From positions 183,627 to 247,626 of the forward strand of contig DHIO01000026.1 in the NCBI GenBank assembly GCA_002403855.1: DNA of 64,000 bases, written 5' to 3'. Made by a program: the position numbers and the translations under genes. Within the stretch, counting starts at the first letter, position 1, and each line of letters starts with the position of its first letter. The DNA comes from Acidimicrobiia bacterium UBA4744 (lineage in GTDB: Bacteria > Actinomycetota > Acidimicrobiia > Spongiisociales > UBA4744). Shown here one piece after another: positions 27,766 through 36,895 of the stretch. A model generated the notes under the pieces. It worked only from the letters and a program-made list of their open reading frames with translations. It was not told where the DNA came from and did not search any database.

Positions 27766-29051
27766 GGTTTCCTCATTGCGAGATGTACCTCGGTCCCCTC
27801 GCCCGGTTGACTCTGAACGCGGGCCGATCCTCCCTGACGGTGCAGCCGGCCGACGATCGAATCGGCGATACCACGTCGATCTTGCGGAACGGAGTCGGGA
27901 TCGAACCCAACTCCCTGGTCACTCACGTATATGTCCACGTTCGAACCCTCCACCTCCGCGAACACAGATACCAGGTCCCCACCCGAGTGCTTGGCGGCAT
28001 TGGTCATTGCCTCGCCGGCGGCCCCCACCAGGGAACGGATCGAATCATCGAGGGGAAGGTCACCGGCTGTAACCACATCAACAGGGACCTGGTGGGTTCC
28101 TTCCACCCGTGAGGCCATAGTCTCAAGAGCCTGGCGAAGGGTCTCATCGGTGGTTGCCTGTCCGCCGCCGTACAACCAGCTTCGTAGCTCGCGTTCCTGC
28201 AGACGGGCCAGCATCGCCATGCGGCGGGGATCGTCGGTCCTCTGCATCAAAGCCAGCGTCTGGAGAACGGAATCGTGGAGATGCGCGGCCACCTCAGCCC
28301 GCTCGTCCAGCCTGATCCGTTCTCGGCGCTCATCGGCCAGCTGGTTGACCAATCGCCACATCCAAGGGCCGAACACCAGCAGGAACCCGGCCACCGTCAC
28401 GACCACGGCCAGCACAACTCCACCCACCAGACCCACCGCGTCAATCGACTGGAGATAGAACCCCAGGCCGGCCGTCATGAGCACGCCACCCGCGACGATG
28501 CGCGCCGCACTCCCTCCCTTGCTCGTTTCACCGACGGGAAAGGCCCGGCGAGTCCAACGGGAACGGCGGGTCTGATCGATGAGCGACCACGTGAGGGCAA
28601 AACCGAACGAAGCCATCGCAACCGGCCAGACGAGCGAGTCGCCGAACCACAGGCCCAGCGACCGGAGCAGCAGCAAGAATCCGAAGAAGATCATGCCGAG
28701 GGCCACCCGACGCCGGGCCCCCCGCACCGCCAGCCTATTGTGCAATGCGGCCGCCGACTGCGGATCGGGGTCATCGAGGGTCAACACCCAACCGGCCAGA
28801 TAGGCCAGCACCCCTACTCCCCCGGCCAGGGCCAAGGTGATGAACCCTGCCCGCACAAACACAGGATCGATGTCCAGCACATCGGCGATACCGGCCGCCA
28901 GACCCGTGAGGACACGGTCGTCCTTGTTTCGACGAATTGCCAGGCCGGGTCGTTTGACCCGATCCGCGCTTGCAGTGTGATTGGTGACCTGATCGGTGAT
29001 GACGAACTCCTGACCCTGCGAAGATGATCCCACAGTGACTCCCGGCTCCAC
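27762..29051 (-). CDS. PspC domain-containing sensor histidine kinase (HisKA_3 type)
   Basis: PspC motif RVLTGLAAGIADVLDIDPVFVRAGFITLALAGGVGVLAYLAGW. TM block. H-box AAHLHDSVLQTLALM. HATPase (EAMTNAAKHS, DQGVGF). Confidence 0.85.
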   Translation of the reverse strand: MEPGVTVGSSSQGQEFVITDQVTNHTASADRVKRPGLAIRRNKDDRVLTGLAAGIADVLDIDPVFVRAGFITLALAGGVGVLAYLAGWVLTLDDPDPQSAAALHNRLAVRGARRRVALGMIFFGFLLLLRSLGLWFGDSLVWPVAMASFGFALTWSLIDQTRRSRWTRRAFPVGETSKGGSAARIVAGGVLMTAGLGFYLQSIDAVGLVGGVVLAVVVTVAGFLLVFGPWMWRLVNQLADERRERIRLDERAEVAAHLHDSVLQTLALMQRTDDPRRMAMLARLQERELRSWLYGGGQATTDETLRQALETMASRVEGTHQVPVDVVTAGDLPLDDSIRSLVGAAGEAMTNAAKHSGGDLVSVFAEVEGSNVDIYVSDQGVGFDPDSVPQDRRGIADSIVGRLHRQGGSARVQSQPGEGTEVHLAMRKP

Positions 29052-29147
29052 AACAGGTGAATACCCTGAGACAAACCCTCAGCATCGGGGTTTCTGAAGG
29101 GACACACCTCATAGACGCGTGGTGTGCCGGAGCCGGAGAATGCACCC

Positions 29148-30335
29148 ATGACCAACGACACGAATCTCGAGCTTCCACCCGAGGAGGCTGCCGGAAACGA
29201 CGAGCAGCCGCCGGACGGCGGAACAGAGGCCGCCCGCCCGCCTCTGCGTCGATACGACGGAATCCTGGGTGGGGTAGCCGCCGGCCTGGCCGGTTACTTC
29301 CGGCTTGCTCCGTGGCTGATCCGACTCGCGTTCGTCCTCCTGAGCTTCTTCGGTGGGCTTGGCATCTTGCTCTACGCGGCAGGCTGGCTCCTGATCCCCT
29401 CCACGGGAACCGACCAATCGATCGCCGATCACTGGTTGTCGGAATTAGGCGCGGGTCGATCGTGGATCGGTGCCGCCCTGATTGCACTGGCTGCAATCTG
29501 GCTGCTCACGTCTCTGGACATCACCCGCTGGGGTCTTGCCTGGGCAGTCGCGTTTCTCGTCCTGGGCGTACTCCTCTATCGACAGGAAACCCCCCCAGAA
29601 GAGAGTGCGTCGAGACCGGCCGAAGCCGCGGCAGGTTTGCCAGCACCGTTGGTCGGGCCTGCCGACAACCAGTCCCAATCGCCTCGTCGCTCGCCGGCAC
29701 GGCGGCCACGCCAACCGCGGCAGGTGCGGACGCCGTCCATGTTGGGCCGCTACACCCTGGCTGCCGGCCTCATCGGCGTTGGAGTACTCGCCCTGCTGGA
29801 CGGGGCCGGAGTCCTGTTCCCTGACGTGCGCCACTACCTGGCGCTGGCAGTGGGCATCGTGGGGATCGGTCTGCTGGTCGGAGCGGTCTGGGGTCGTTCC
29901 CGCCTGCTCATCGTCGTCGGACTCTTCCTGGCCTTTCTGATGGGCGCTGCGACCATCGGAGAAGCGGTAGATACCTTCACCGACGAGGTGCAGACCTATT
30001 CACCGGCAACTTTTGGTGAGGTGTCAACGAACTACACCATGGACAGTGGCACCCTGATCATCGATCTCACCAAGGTCGACTGGCAGAACCGGGTGATCGC
30101 CATCGACGCCGAGCTTGGGGCGGGCCGAATCGAAGTGAAGCTGCCCGAAATCGTCTCCGCCGCCGTGAACGCCCGCGCCGGGGTCGGGCAAGTCGAGGTC
30201 TTTGGGCGCAGCAGCGAAGGCTTCGGCATCGGCCGCTCGGCCTCAGTCACCGGGCCGGATGGATCCGGCGACATCACCATGACGATCCGAGTCGGAGCCG
30301 GCCAAATCACGGTCAACCAGGAGAGCAACTCATGA
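29148..30335 (+). CDS. PspC domain-containing membrane protein with LiaF/DUF2154-like C-terminal domain
   Basis: GILGGVAAGLAGYFRLAPWLIRLAFVLLSFFGGLGILLYAAGW PspC motif and several TM helices. The beta-rich C-terminus (...AGRIEVKLP...GVGQVEVFG...GAGQITV) resembles cell-wall-stress LiaF-type domains. ATG 29148 was preferred over GTG 29124 (GGAG upstream). Confidence 0.78.
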   Translation: MTNDTNLELPPEEAAGNDEQPPDGGTEAARPPLRRYDGILGGVAAGLAGYFRLAPWLIRLAFVLLSFFGGLGILLYAAGWLLIPSTGTDQSIADHWLSELGAGRSWIGAALIALAAIWLLTSLDITRWGLAWAVAFLVLGVLLYRQETPPEESASRPAEAAAGLPAPLVGPADNQSQSPRRSPARRPRQPRQVRTPSMLGRYTLAAGLIGVGVLALLDGAGVLFPDVRHYLALAVGIVGIGLLVGAVWGRSRLLIVVGLFLAFLMGAATIGEAVDTFTDEVQTYSPATFGEVSTNYTMDSGTLIIDLTKVDWQNRVIAIDAELGAGRIEVKLPEIVSAAVNARAGVGQVEVFGRSSEGFGIGRSASVTGPDGSGDITMTIRVGAGQITVNQESNS

Positions 30336-30556
30336 ACGAAAGACACCCTCTGGACATCATCTCCCTGATCTTCGGCGTCCTGTTCGTCGGCCTTGCTGTG
30401 CCCGTTCTCCTCCTGGACACCCAGCTGCGCATCGACGTCCGATGGGCTCTCCCGGCCACCGTGATCGTCATCGGAGTCCTCCTCCTGTGGTCTGCGCTGC
30501 GGCCCGGCCGGAAAAGGGTCACCAACGTCGAGACGGCCATTGACGAAGACCGATAG
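30332..30556 (+). CDS. small two-TM membrane protein
   Basis: ATGA overlap with the preceding PspC gene. LDIISLIFGVLFVGLAVPVLLL and ATVIVIGVLLLWSAL helices. Confidence 0.6.
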   Translation: MNERHPLDIISLIFGVLFVGLAVPVLLLDTQLRIDVRWALPATVIVIGVLLLWSALRPGRKRVTNVETAIDEDR

Positions 30557-30715
30557 CCCGACGAGGACCAACAACCCTCAGAGGAAGCACTGCCGGCCAA
30601 CCCGACAACCAGCCGGGTGGTCGCATCTAAGGCCCCGCGGTCTTGACGGAGATCAGCGAAGCTGGATTCTCCCCGGAATCGATCTCAATGAGGCCGGGGG
30701 CGCCACAGACCCGGC

Positions 30716-31936
30716 TCAGATGAGCCCCACCTGTTTGCCTACCTGTTCGAACGTCTCCAGAACGCGATCAAGTTGATCATCGGTGTGAGTAGCCATCACG
30801 CTGGTCCGCAGCAGCTGCCTTCCCTTGGGCGTCGCCGGGGAGATGATGGCATTGACGTAGATCCCGGCGTCCAGCAAGTGCTTCCACATGAAGAAGGTCA
30901 GTGTGTCGTCGCCGACGATCACCGGGATGACCGGCGTCACCGAAGCGCCGGTGTCGAAACCCAGCCCGCGGAGGCCGCTCCGCAGCCGGTCGGCGTTCGC
31001 GTGCAGCCGCACCACCCGCTCGGGTTCGGCTTGCATGACGTGCAAAGCGGTCAACGCCGCGGCCGCGTTCGCAGGCGGGATCGACGCGCTGAAGATGAGC
31101 GATCGAGCGTGGTGTTGGATGTAGTGAACGATCTGCTCATCTCCGGCTACGAAGCCCCCCAGCGAAGCCAGCGATTTGGAGAAGGTCGACATGATGAGGT
31201 CCACCGACTCCGTGACCCCGAAGTGAGCGGAGGTGCCGTGACCATCGGCCAGCACCCCCAAAGCGTGGGCGTCATCGACCATCAGCCGAGCCCCGAACCG
31301 CTTGCACAGTTCGACGATCTCGGGAAGAGGGGCCAAGTCTCCCTCCATGCTGTAGAGGCCGTCGACCACAACGAGCTTGCCGCGATCGGCGGGGACGTCG
31401 GCAAGGGTCCGCTCGAGTTGTTCCATGTCGTTGTGCCGGTAGCGCTTTATCTGGCCCCAGCTCAGCCGAGCGGCGTCGACGATGCTGGCATGATCCTCCT
31501 TGTCGAGGATCACCGTGTCGAAGCGGCCGACCAGCGACGACACAACTCCCAGGTTGGTTTGCATGCCGGTGGAGAACACCAAGCCGGCTTCCTTGCCGAC
31601 CCAAGCTGCCAACTCCCGCTCCAATTGAAGGTGAAGTTCGAGAGTTCCGTTCAGAAATCGCGACCCCGTGCAACTGGTACCAAACTCGGCGACTGCCTGT
31701 TGGGCTGCCTCACGGACCTTGGGGTGTGTGGTCAATCCGAGGTAGTTGTTCGAGCCGAACATCAAGATGCGGCGGCCCCGGTAGACGGCTTCGGCACCCT
31801 CGGTGCCCTCCATGGCGAGGAAGTACGGATAGAGGCCCAGCGCCTTGGTCTCATGGGCGATCGTGAAGGCATGGGCCTTGTCGAAGAGGTCCGCCATGAC
31901 AGCCGGCGGTGCGATGCCGGGTTCGGTGCTCGTCAT
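30716..31936 (-). CDS. spt: alpha-oxoamine synthase, serine palmitoyltransferase-like (PLP-dependent)
   Basis: GSNNYLGLTTHP, GTSCTGSRFLNGT, DDAHALG, YSMEGDLAPL, the PLP-Lys context MSTFSKSLASLGGFV and the C-terminal ...VGLI match my memory of Sphingomonas SPT better than Kbl or BioF. ATG 31936 overlaps the upstream stop (ATGA). Confidence 0.82.
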   Translation of the reverse strand: MTSTEPGIAPPAVMADLFDKAHAFTIAHETKALGLYPYFLAMEGTEGAEAVYRGRRILMFGSNNYLGLTTHPKVREAAQQAVAEFGTSCTGSRFLNGTLELHLQLERELAAWVGKEAGLVFSTGMQTNLGVVSSLVGRFDTVILDKEDHASIVDAARLSWGQIKRYRHNDMEQLERTLADVPADRGKLVVVDGLYSMEGDLAPLPEIVELCKRFGARLMVDDAHALGVLADGHGTSAHFGVTESVDLIMSTFSKSLASLGGFVAGDEQIVHYIQHHARSLIFSASIPPANAAAALTALHVMQAEPERVVRLHANADRLRSGLRGLGFDTGASVTPVIPVIVGDDTLTFFMWKHLLDAGIYVNAIISPATPKGRQLLRTSVMATHTDDQLDRVLETFEQVGKQVGLI

Positions 31937-32769
31937 GTCCTGCCGACCTTTCTTTTGGCCCTGGTCAAATCTCGATCCAGGAAGGCCCGGACCAGTTGCG
32001 GCGCATATCTTTGCAGCCTCCACACCATCCGTGTCCGATTTGGGAGAATATGGAACCTCCCCCGCACGATACCGTCGACGAACTGGCAAGCTACATCGTC
32101 CGGCTGGGCGAGTTTGATGTTGGCGGACATCTCATGGGTTTCGGGAGGTTTCGTGAGGTTCTCGCGAGCGAACCCCGGCGTGTCCGTGTCGGGTGGATAG
32201 AGTACCGATACCCGGAGCCCGGCCGGCCGCAACTCGTGGCGCAACACTTCGGCCAGGCCGACCAGGGCAAACTTGGACGGCGAGTAGGCCGCATAGCCGA
32301 TGATCCCAACATACCCCGCCACCGAGGAGACAAAGGCGATGTGTCCCCGGCGCGCGACCAGCATATGGGGCAGCACGACGAGCGTCGGGATCAATTGACC
32401 GAAGTAGTTGCAGTCCATCTGCCGCTGGTAGTCCTCGAGGCCGAGATTGCTGACGTAGTCCGGCTGGGCGTAGCCGACCGAGTTGACCAGGTAGTCGGGA
32501 ACCCCCCTCTCTGCGATCCAAGCCTCCAATTTGGGGCCAATGTCGTCCCGATCGGCTGCGTCGGCTGGGATCGTATCGACGAACTGGCCCGGCACCGAGG
32601 CAAGCGTGCGCAGGCGGCCGCCGGCTTCTTCAAGGGTTCCGTTGCCGCGAGCGACTACCGCTACCGACCCACCCAGTCGCACGATCTCCGCCGCGGTGGA
32701 GAAGCCGATTCCCTTGGATCCACCACACACGATGGCCGTGTGACCTGCCAGCCGGTTTGTATTCGCCAT
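31933..32769 (-). CDS. SDR family oxidoreductase, 3-ketodihydrosphingosine reductase (KDSR)-like
   Basis: CGGSKGIG cofactor loop and [15 protein letters not shown] catalytic Y-x3-K. [22 protein letters not shown] is nearly identical to the human KDSR segment [21 protein letters not shown] as I remember it. Confidence 0.82.
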   Translation of the reverse strand: [278 protein letters not shown]

Positions 32770-32903
32770 AGCGCCTCCACTCCCGCCGGATCTTGCGCCG
32801 GGCCGGGTGTGGCGTCGTAGCGTACGCGTCGGGCCATCCGAACGCTAGCGCGCCGGCCGGATCGGCTCCGTGCGAGAATCGACCGGGAAGAGAGGAGCAC
32901 TCG

Positions 32904-33152
32904 ATGACCCACGACGCGCCGGCCGTCAGGGCGCTTGGTGAAGCCGGGTATGAACCCAACCGGCTCGCCGCTCTGGCGGGGCTGAGGGGGAACGAGGTGA
33001 CGGCCGAACTGGTCGGGCGCCGGGCTCTCTCCGACAGAACCATGGCGGCCCTGCGGGGACTGCTCGGCCCTCATCTCGCCGAAGAAATCGCTGCACAGGC
33101 CGGTGCCTCGCGCGCCGCCTATCTGATGGAGGTCCAAGCCGGACGGATGTAG
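32904..33152 (+). CDS. small hypothetical protein, possibly HTH (XRE-like)
   Basis: AGAGGAG 6 nt before the ATG. LAALAGLRGNEVTAELVGRRALSDRTMAALRGLL resembles an XRE-type helix-turn-helix. It is divergent from the KDSR/SPT operon. Confidence 0.4.
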   Translation: MTHDAPAVRALGEAGYEPNRLAALAGLRGNEVTAELVGRRALSDRTMAALRGLLGPHLAEEIAAQAGASRAAYLMEVQAGRM

Positions 33153-33159
33153 CTGCCGA

Positions 33160-33549
33160 TCAGGCGTCGATTTCGACCCTATCGAGCAACAAGAAATCGC
33201 GCGCTTGGAGACCGAGAAGCGAGACTCGCACCGGAAACGGCATGTGCCTGCTACCGGATGCCCATCCGACCACTCGTGGGTTGCCGAGCCGGATCGCCTC
33301 TCCGCTCCGAACCAGCACACAGGTGCCGGCAGCCTGCACGTTCTTGAGCCAGTCGACGTCACGACCATAGGTAAGCGCGATGGCGAAGCCTTCATCGGTG
33401 GGAAACGCAAACAGCGGCGTCCGGTACTCGTATCCGGTCACCCGCCCCCGATGCAAGACGATCGCCATCGGGCGGATCCGGTGAAAACGCCGCATGACGG
33501 GATTGGTGATCCGCTTGTTGAGACGGGCGAGACCTTTGGGAAGTGGCAC
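33160..33549 (-). CDS. deazaflavin (F420H2)-dependent nitroreductase family protein (Ddn/DUF385-like)
   Basis: LNKRITNPVMRRF, HRGRVTGYEYRTPL and YGRDVDWLKNVQAAG motifs. Length ~129 aa. Confidence 0.8.
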   Translation of the reverse strand: MPLPKGLARLNKRITNPVMRRFHRIRPMAIVLHRGRVTGYEYRTPLFAFPTDEGFAIALTYGRDVDWLKNVQAAGTCVLVRSGEAIRLGNPRVVGWASGSRHMPFPVRVSLLGLQARDFLLLDRVEIDA

Positions 33550-33567
33550 GCAGCCGAGGCTAGCTGG

Positions 33568-35604
33568 CTACGGCCGGGACTCGGTCTGGTCGGTCTCCAC
33601 CGAGGTGGACGGTTTCGCAGGAGTTTGGTCGAGCAAGCGAACGAAAGCGTCGAGGGAGCGTGGATTGGCCATGGCGTCACGGCGCACTGCTTGCTCGACA
33701 GGGATCCCGGCCAGGATTCGCTTCACCGGCACCTCCATTTTCTTGCCGTTCAACGTCAGCGGAACCTCGTCGATTCGGTAGATCTCGTCCGGCACGTGAC
33801 GGGGTGAGAGCTCCTCCCGCAAGGCATGCTTGATTCGCCGGCGGAGCCGATCATCGATCTCCACCCCGGCGGCGGGCACAAGGAACAACAGAAGGCGACC
33901 TTCTCGTCCCAACCTCCCGGTGTCGATCACCATGCTGTCCAAGACCTCCGTGAACCCATCGATCACCTGATAGAACTCGCTGGTGCCCATGCGGATGCCA
34001 CCCCGGTTGAGGGTGGAATCGGACCGTCCGTACACCACGCACGACCCGTCGGGATGGATCGAGATCCAGTCGCCGTGCCGCCACACCCCCGGGTACATCT
34101 CGAAGTAGCTGGATCGATAACGCTGCCCTCCGGGGTCGTTCCAGAAGTAGATGGGCATCGAAGGCATGGGAGCGGTGATGACCAACTCGCCCACCTCCCC
34201 GATCACCGGAGCACCGTGCTCGTCATAAGCCTCGATCTTCGCTCCAAGCTGCCGGCACTGGATCCGGCCGGCGCGCACCGGGAGCAGCGGGCAGCCGCCC
34301 AGAAAGGCGGTACAAAGATCCGATCCGCCGCTTATCGAAGCCAAGAGAAGGTCGGACCCCACCTCTTCGTACACCCAGGCGAACCCGTCGGGAGTGAGTG
34401 GAGCGCCGGTGGATCCTACGCTCCGCAGAGCACTCAGATCCAACCACCGGCCCGGATGGAGGCCGGCCCGCCTGCAGGCCTGGAGGTAAGGAGGGCTGAC
34501 GCCGAAGTGGGTCAGCTTCCCGGACTCGGCCAGCTTCCAGAGCACCAAAAGATCCGGATGGCTCGGGCTGCCGTCGTAGAGCACCACGGTCGTACCAACC
34601 AGAAGGCTCGAGATGAGGAGATTCCACATCATCCAGGCAGTCGACGTGTACCAAAAGAACCGGTCGCCTTCGCCGACATCGACGTGCAACGCCAATTCCT
34701 TCATGTGCTCGAGAAGGATGCCTCCCTGGCTCTGGACAATCGGTTTGGGCAGACCGGTGGTGCCCGAGGAGTAGAGAACCCACAAGGGGTGGCCGAAAGC
34801 CACCGGTTCGAACGTCAGTCGGTCGGAGGTGTGGACCAGATCGTCCCATGAGAGAGCACCGGCGACCGACCCCGCCGTGCGGTCGAGCCGGGATACCAAG
34901 ACGATTGCCTCCAGTGTCGGCAGCCGGGAGACGATCTGGGTGAGCACCTCCCGACGGTCGTGCTCTCGCCCGGCGAACCGGTAGCCGTCACAGGCGATCA
35001 AGACCTTCGGTTCGATCTGAGAGAACCTGTGCGCCACACTCTCGATACCAAATTCCGGAGCGCAGCTGGTCCATACGGCACCAAGGCTGGCCGTAGCGAG
35101 GAACGCGATCAGGGTCTCTGGAATGTTGGGTAGCAACGCTGCGACCCGATCACCCTTCACGACGCCGAGCCGGCGCAAGCCGGTGGCCGCCGCCGCCACC
35201 CGATCGTGGAGCTCGGCAAAGGTGAGTTGTTGGAAAGCCCCGTCCTCGGCCGCGGCGATCACGGCGAGGCGCCCGTCCCGGCGCCGCAGAGCATGCTCGG
35301 CGTAGTTGAGCTTTGCTCCCGGGAACCACTCGGCTCCGGGCATGGCTCGGTCGGGAAGCACGGCTTCGTGAGGTGCATGAGCAATGATCCCGAAGTACTC
35401 CCAGAGTGACCCCCAGAATCCGTCGAGATCGGACACCGACCATTCCCAGAGCGCCGTGTAGTCGGAGAACTCGAGTCGTCTCTCGGTCCGCAACCAGGCG
35501 AGATAGCGGGTGATGCCGGCTTGCGCAAGGGACTGTGCAGTGGGTTCCCACAGCAGGGTTCCGTCGATGATGTTGGAATCTTGCATCGATCCAACCATGG
35601 ACAC
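33568..35604 (-). CDS. acetoacetate--CoA ligase (acetoacetyl-CoA synthetase)
   Basis: N-terminal LWEPT...YLAWL...F.DY.ALWEWSVSDLDGFWGSLWEYF signature. AMP-binding YSSGTTGLPKPIV. Length ~678 aa. Confidence 0.85.
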   Translation of the reverse strand: MSMVGSMQDSNIIDGTLLWEPTAQSLAQAGITRYLAWLRTERRLEFSDYTALWEWSVSDLDGFWGSLWEYFGIIAHAPHEAVLPDRAMPGAEWFPGAKLNYAEHALRRRDGRLAVIAAAEDGAFQQLTFAELHDRVAAAATGLRRLGVVKGDRVAALLPNIPETLIAFLATASLGAVWTSCAPEFGIESVAHRFSQIEPKVLIACDGYRFAGREHDRREVLTQIVSRLPTLEAIVLVSRLDRTAGSVAGALSWDDLVHTSDRLTFEPVAFGHPLWVLYSSGTTGLPKPIVQSQGGILLEHMKELALHVDVGEGDRFFWYTSTAWMMWNLLISSLLVGTTVVLYDGSPSHPDLLVLWKLAESGKLTHFGVSPPYLQACRRAGLHPGRWLDLSALRSVGSTGAPLTPDGFAWVYEEVGSDLLLASISGGSDLCTAFLGGCPLLPVRAGRIQCRQLGAKIEAYDEHGAPVIGEVGELVITAPMPSMPIYFWNDPGGQRYRSSYFEMYPGVWRHGDWISIHPDGSCVVYGRSDSTLNRGGIRMGTSEFYQVIDGFTEVLDSMVIDTGRLGREGRLLLFLVPAAGVEIDDRLRRRIKHALREELSPRHVPDEIYRIDEVPLTLNGKKMEVPVKRILAGIPVEQAVRRDAMANPRSLDAFVRLLDQTPAKPSTSVETDQTESRP

Positions 35605-36806
35605 TAGTGAACGGCACCCTCGTGCCTCGCCGGGATCCTGCCGCTCGCGGCAATGAGGACCGCGGCGCCTCCCAGCAGAATGGCGGTGAAGACCATCGGA
35701 ATCCGGTAACCGCCGGTAGCGTCATGCAGAACCCCGACGAGGGCCGGCCCTGCTGCTCCGATGAGCGATGCCGCCGCCCATTGGGCTCCCATCGCTCGAC
35801 CGTATCCCGGGCCCGAATACCAGGTGCCCATTGCCATCGCCCGCAGCGGCAACACGGCACCGAATGCCAGGCCGAAAATGACGAAGTGGCCGGCGATCTG
35901 CCAGTAGTGCGTTCCGTCGACCATCAAGAACACCGCGATGGTCATCAAGCCCATCACGGTTGCCTGCACTCCAGTGGGACGGAACCTCCGGGCAACGAAC
36001 GGAGCGACCGACCGGCCCGGCAGGCTGAGCGCCGAAGCAGCTGCCGCCCACGCTGCAACTCCTGCCACCGCAAAACCGGCTTCTTCAAACAGCGCCACCC
36101 GATGAGAGAGCACCGCCTGGAAGCCGACGGCGCTCAGCACCATTCCCACAGTGAACAGCACGAAGCGGCGATCGCGCACGACGGTGCGGAGTAGAAATCG
36201 CTCATTGTGGGTAGCGACCTGCCCGGTCGGGGGCGGATTCTTGAGGAAGAACAGGGCCGTTCCGCCTCCAGTCACCAAGAACAACAGACCGAGCAACCGC
36301 ACGGTCGGGCGCCAATCCATCAGGCTGATCATGCGTTCGATCAAGGGCAGAAAGATGATGCCGGCCAGCCCACCGATGAGGGTGAGCACCGCCAGGGCAC
36401 GGGCGCGCTGCTCCTCGGTGCACCAGCGGTCGACGGCGACAAAGGCCGGCTCGTAGAAGGTCATGGCTCCGGCCGGGCCGATCAGCACCCACCAGGCGAC
36501 CAGTACGTGCCAGGGTCGGGTGGCGAGCGAGAAGAGCAAGAGACCTCCGGCCCCGAGCAGTGCGCCCCAACCGAAGATGCCTCGTACCCCTCGGCGATCG
36601 GCATGGCGCCCCACCGGGTATGCCAGCACTCCAGCCGCCAGAAGCCCGCCCCCGTAGGCAACGGACAGGAGCCCGGTGCTGAACTCGCCGCCGGCGGCGC
36701 CATCGGTGAGAAACACCGAGAACCCGTAGAGCATGATCCCGAACGCCACCATCACCGAAATGGACAGCGGGAGAATCTGCTTCCACGGAAAGGCCGTCTG
36801 GGTCAC
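35604..36806 (-). CDS. MFS transporter
   Basis: 400 aa with 12 TM helices. It sits directly upstream of, and abuts, the acetoacetyl-CoA synthetase gene. Confidence 0.8.
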   Translation of the reverse strand: MTQTAFPWKQILPLSISVMVAFGIMLYGFSVFLTDGAAGGEFSTGLLSVAYGGGLLAAGVLAYPVGRHADRRGVRGIFGWGALLGAGGLLLFSLATRPWHVLVAWWVLIGPAGAMTFYEPAFVAVDRWCTEEQRARALAVLTLIGGLAGIIFLPLIERMISLMDWRPTVRLLGLLFLVTGGGTALFFLKNPPPTGQVATHNERFLLRTVVRDRRFVLFTVGMVLSAVGFQAVLSHRVALFEEAGFAVAGVAAWAAAASALSLPGRSVAPFVARRFRPTGVQATVMGLMTIAVFLMVDGTHYWQIAGHFVIFGLAFGAVLPLRAMAMGTWYSGPGYGRAMGAQWAAASLIGAAGPALVGVLHDATGGYRIPMVFTAILLGGAAVLIAASGRIPARHEGAVH

Positions 36807-36895
36807 GTCGCCAGCGTAGACGCTGCTCCGAATCGACCCTTTGGGCCTTGACGAGTCTGCTACCTCACGCTATCCATGGGCCCGAGGAGGGAGCT

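Noticed and set aside
30716-31936. An alternative call of the oxoamine synthase as Kbl (glycine C-acetyltransferase), with the SDR as threonine dehydrogenase.
   Set aside because: The GSRFLNGT and TFSKS...GGFV contexts and the N-terminal region fit SPT better than Kbl (VRFICGT) or BioF. The SDR carries the KDSR-specific [10 protein letters not shown] block. A phylogeny is still needed.
30773-32200. A 475-aa + strand ORF spans the SPT/KDSR region.
   Set aside because: It is antisense to two genes with clear family motifs. Its translation is Arg/Gly/Pro/His-rich with no motif. This is the typical shadow ORF of high-GC DNA.
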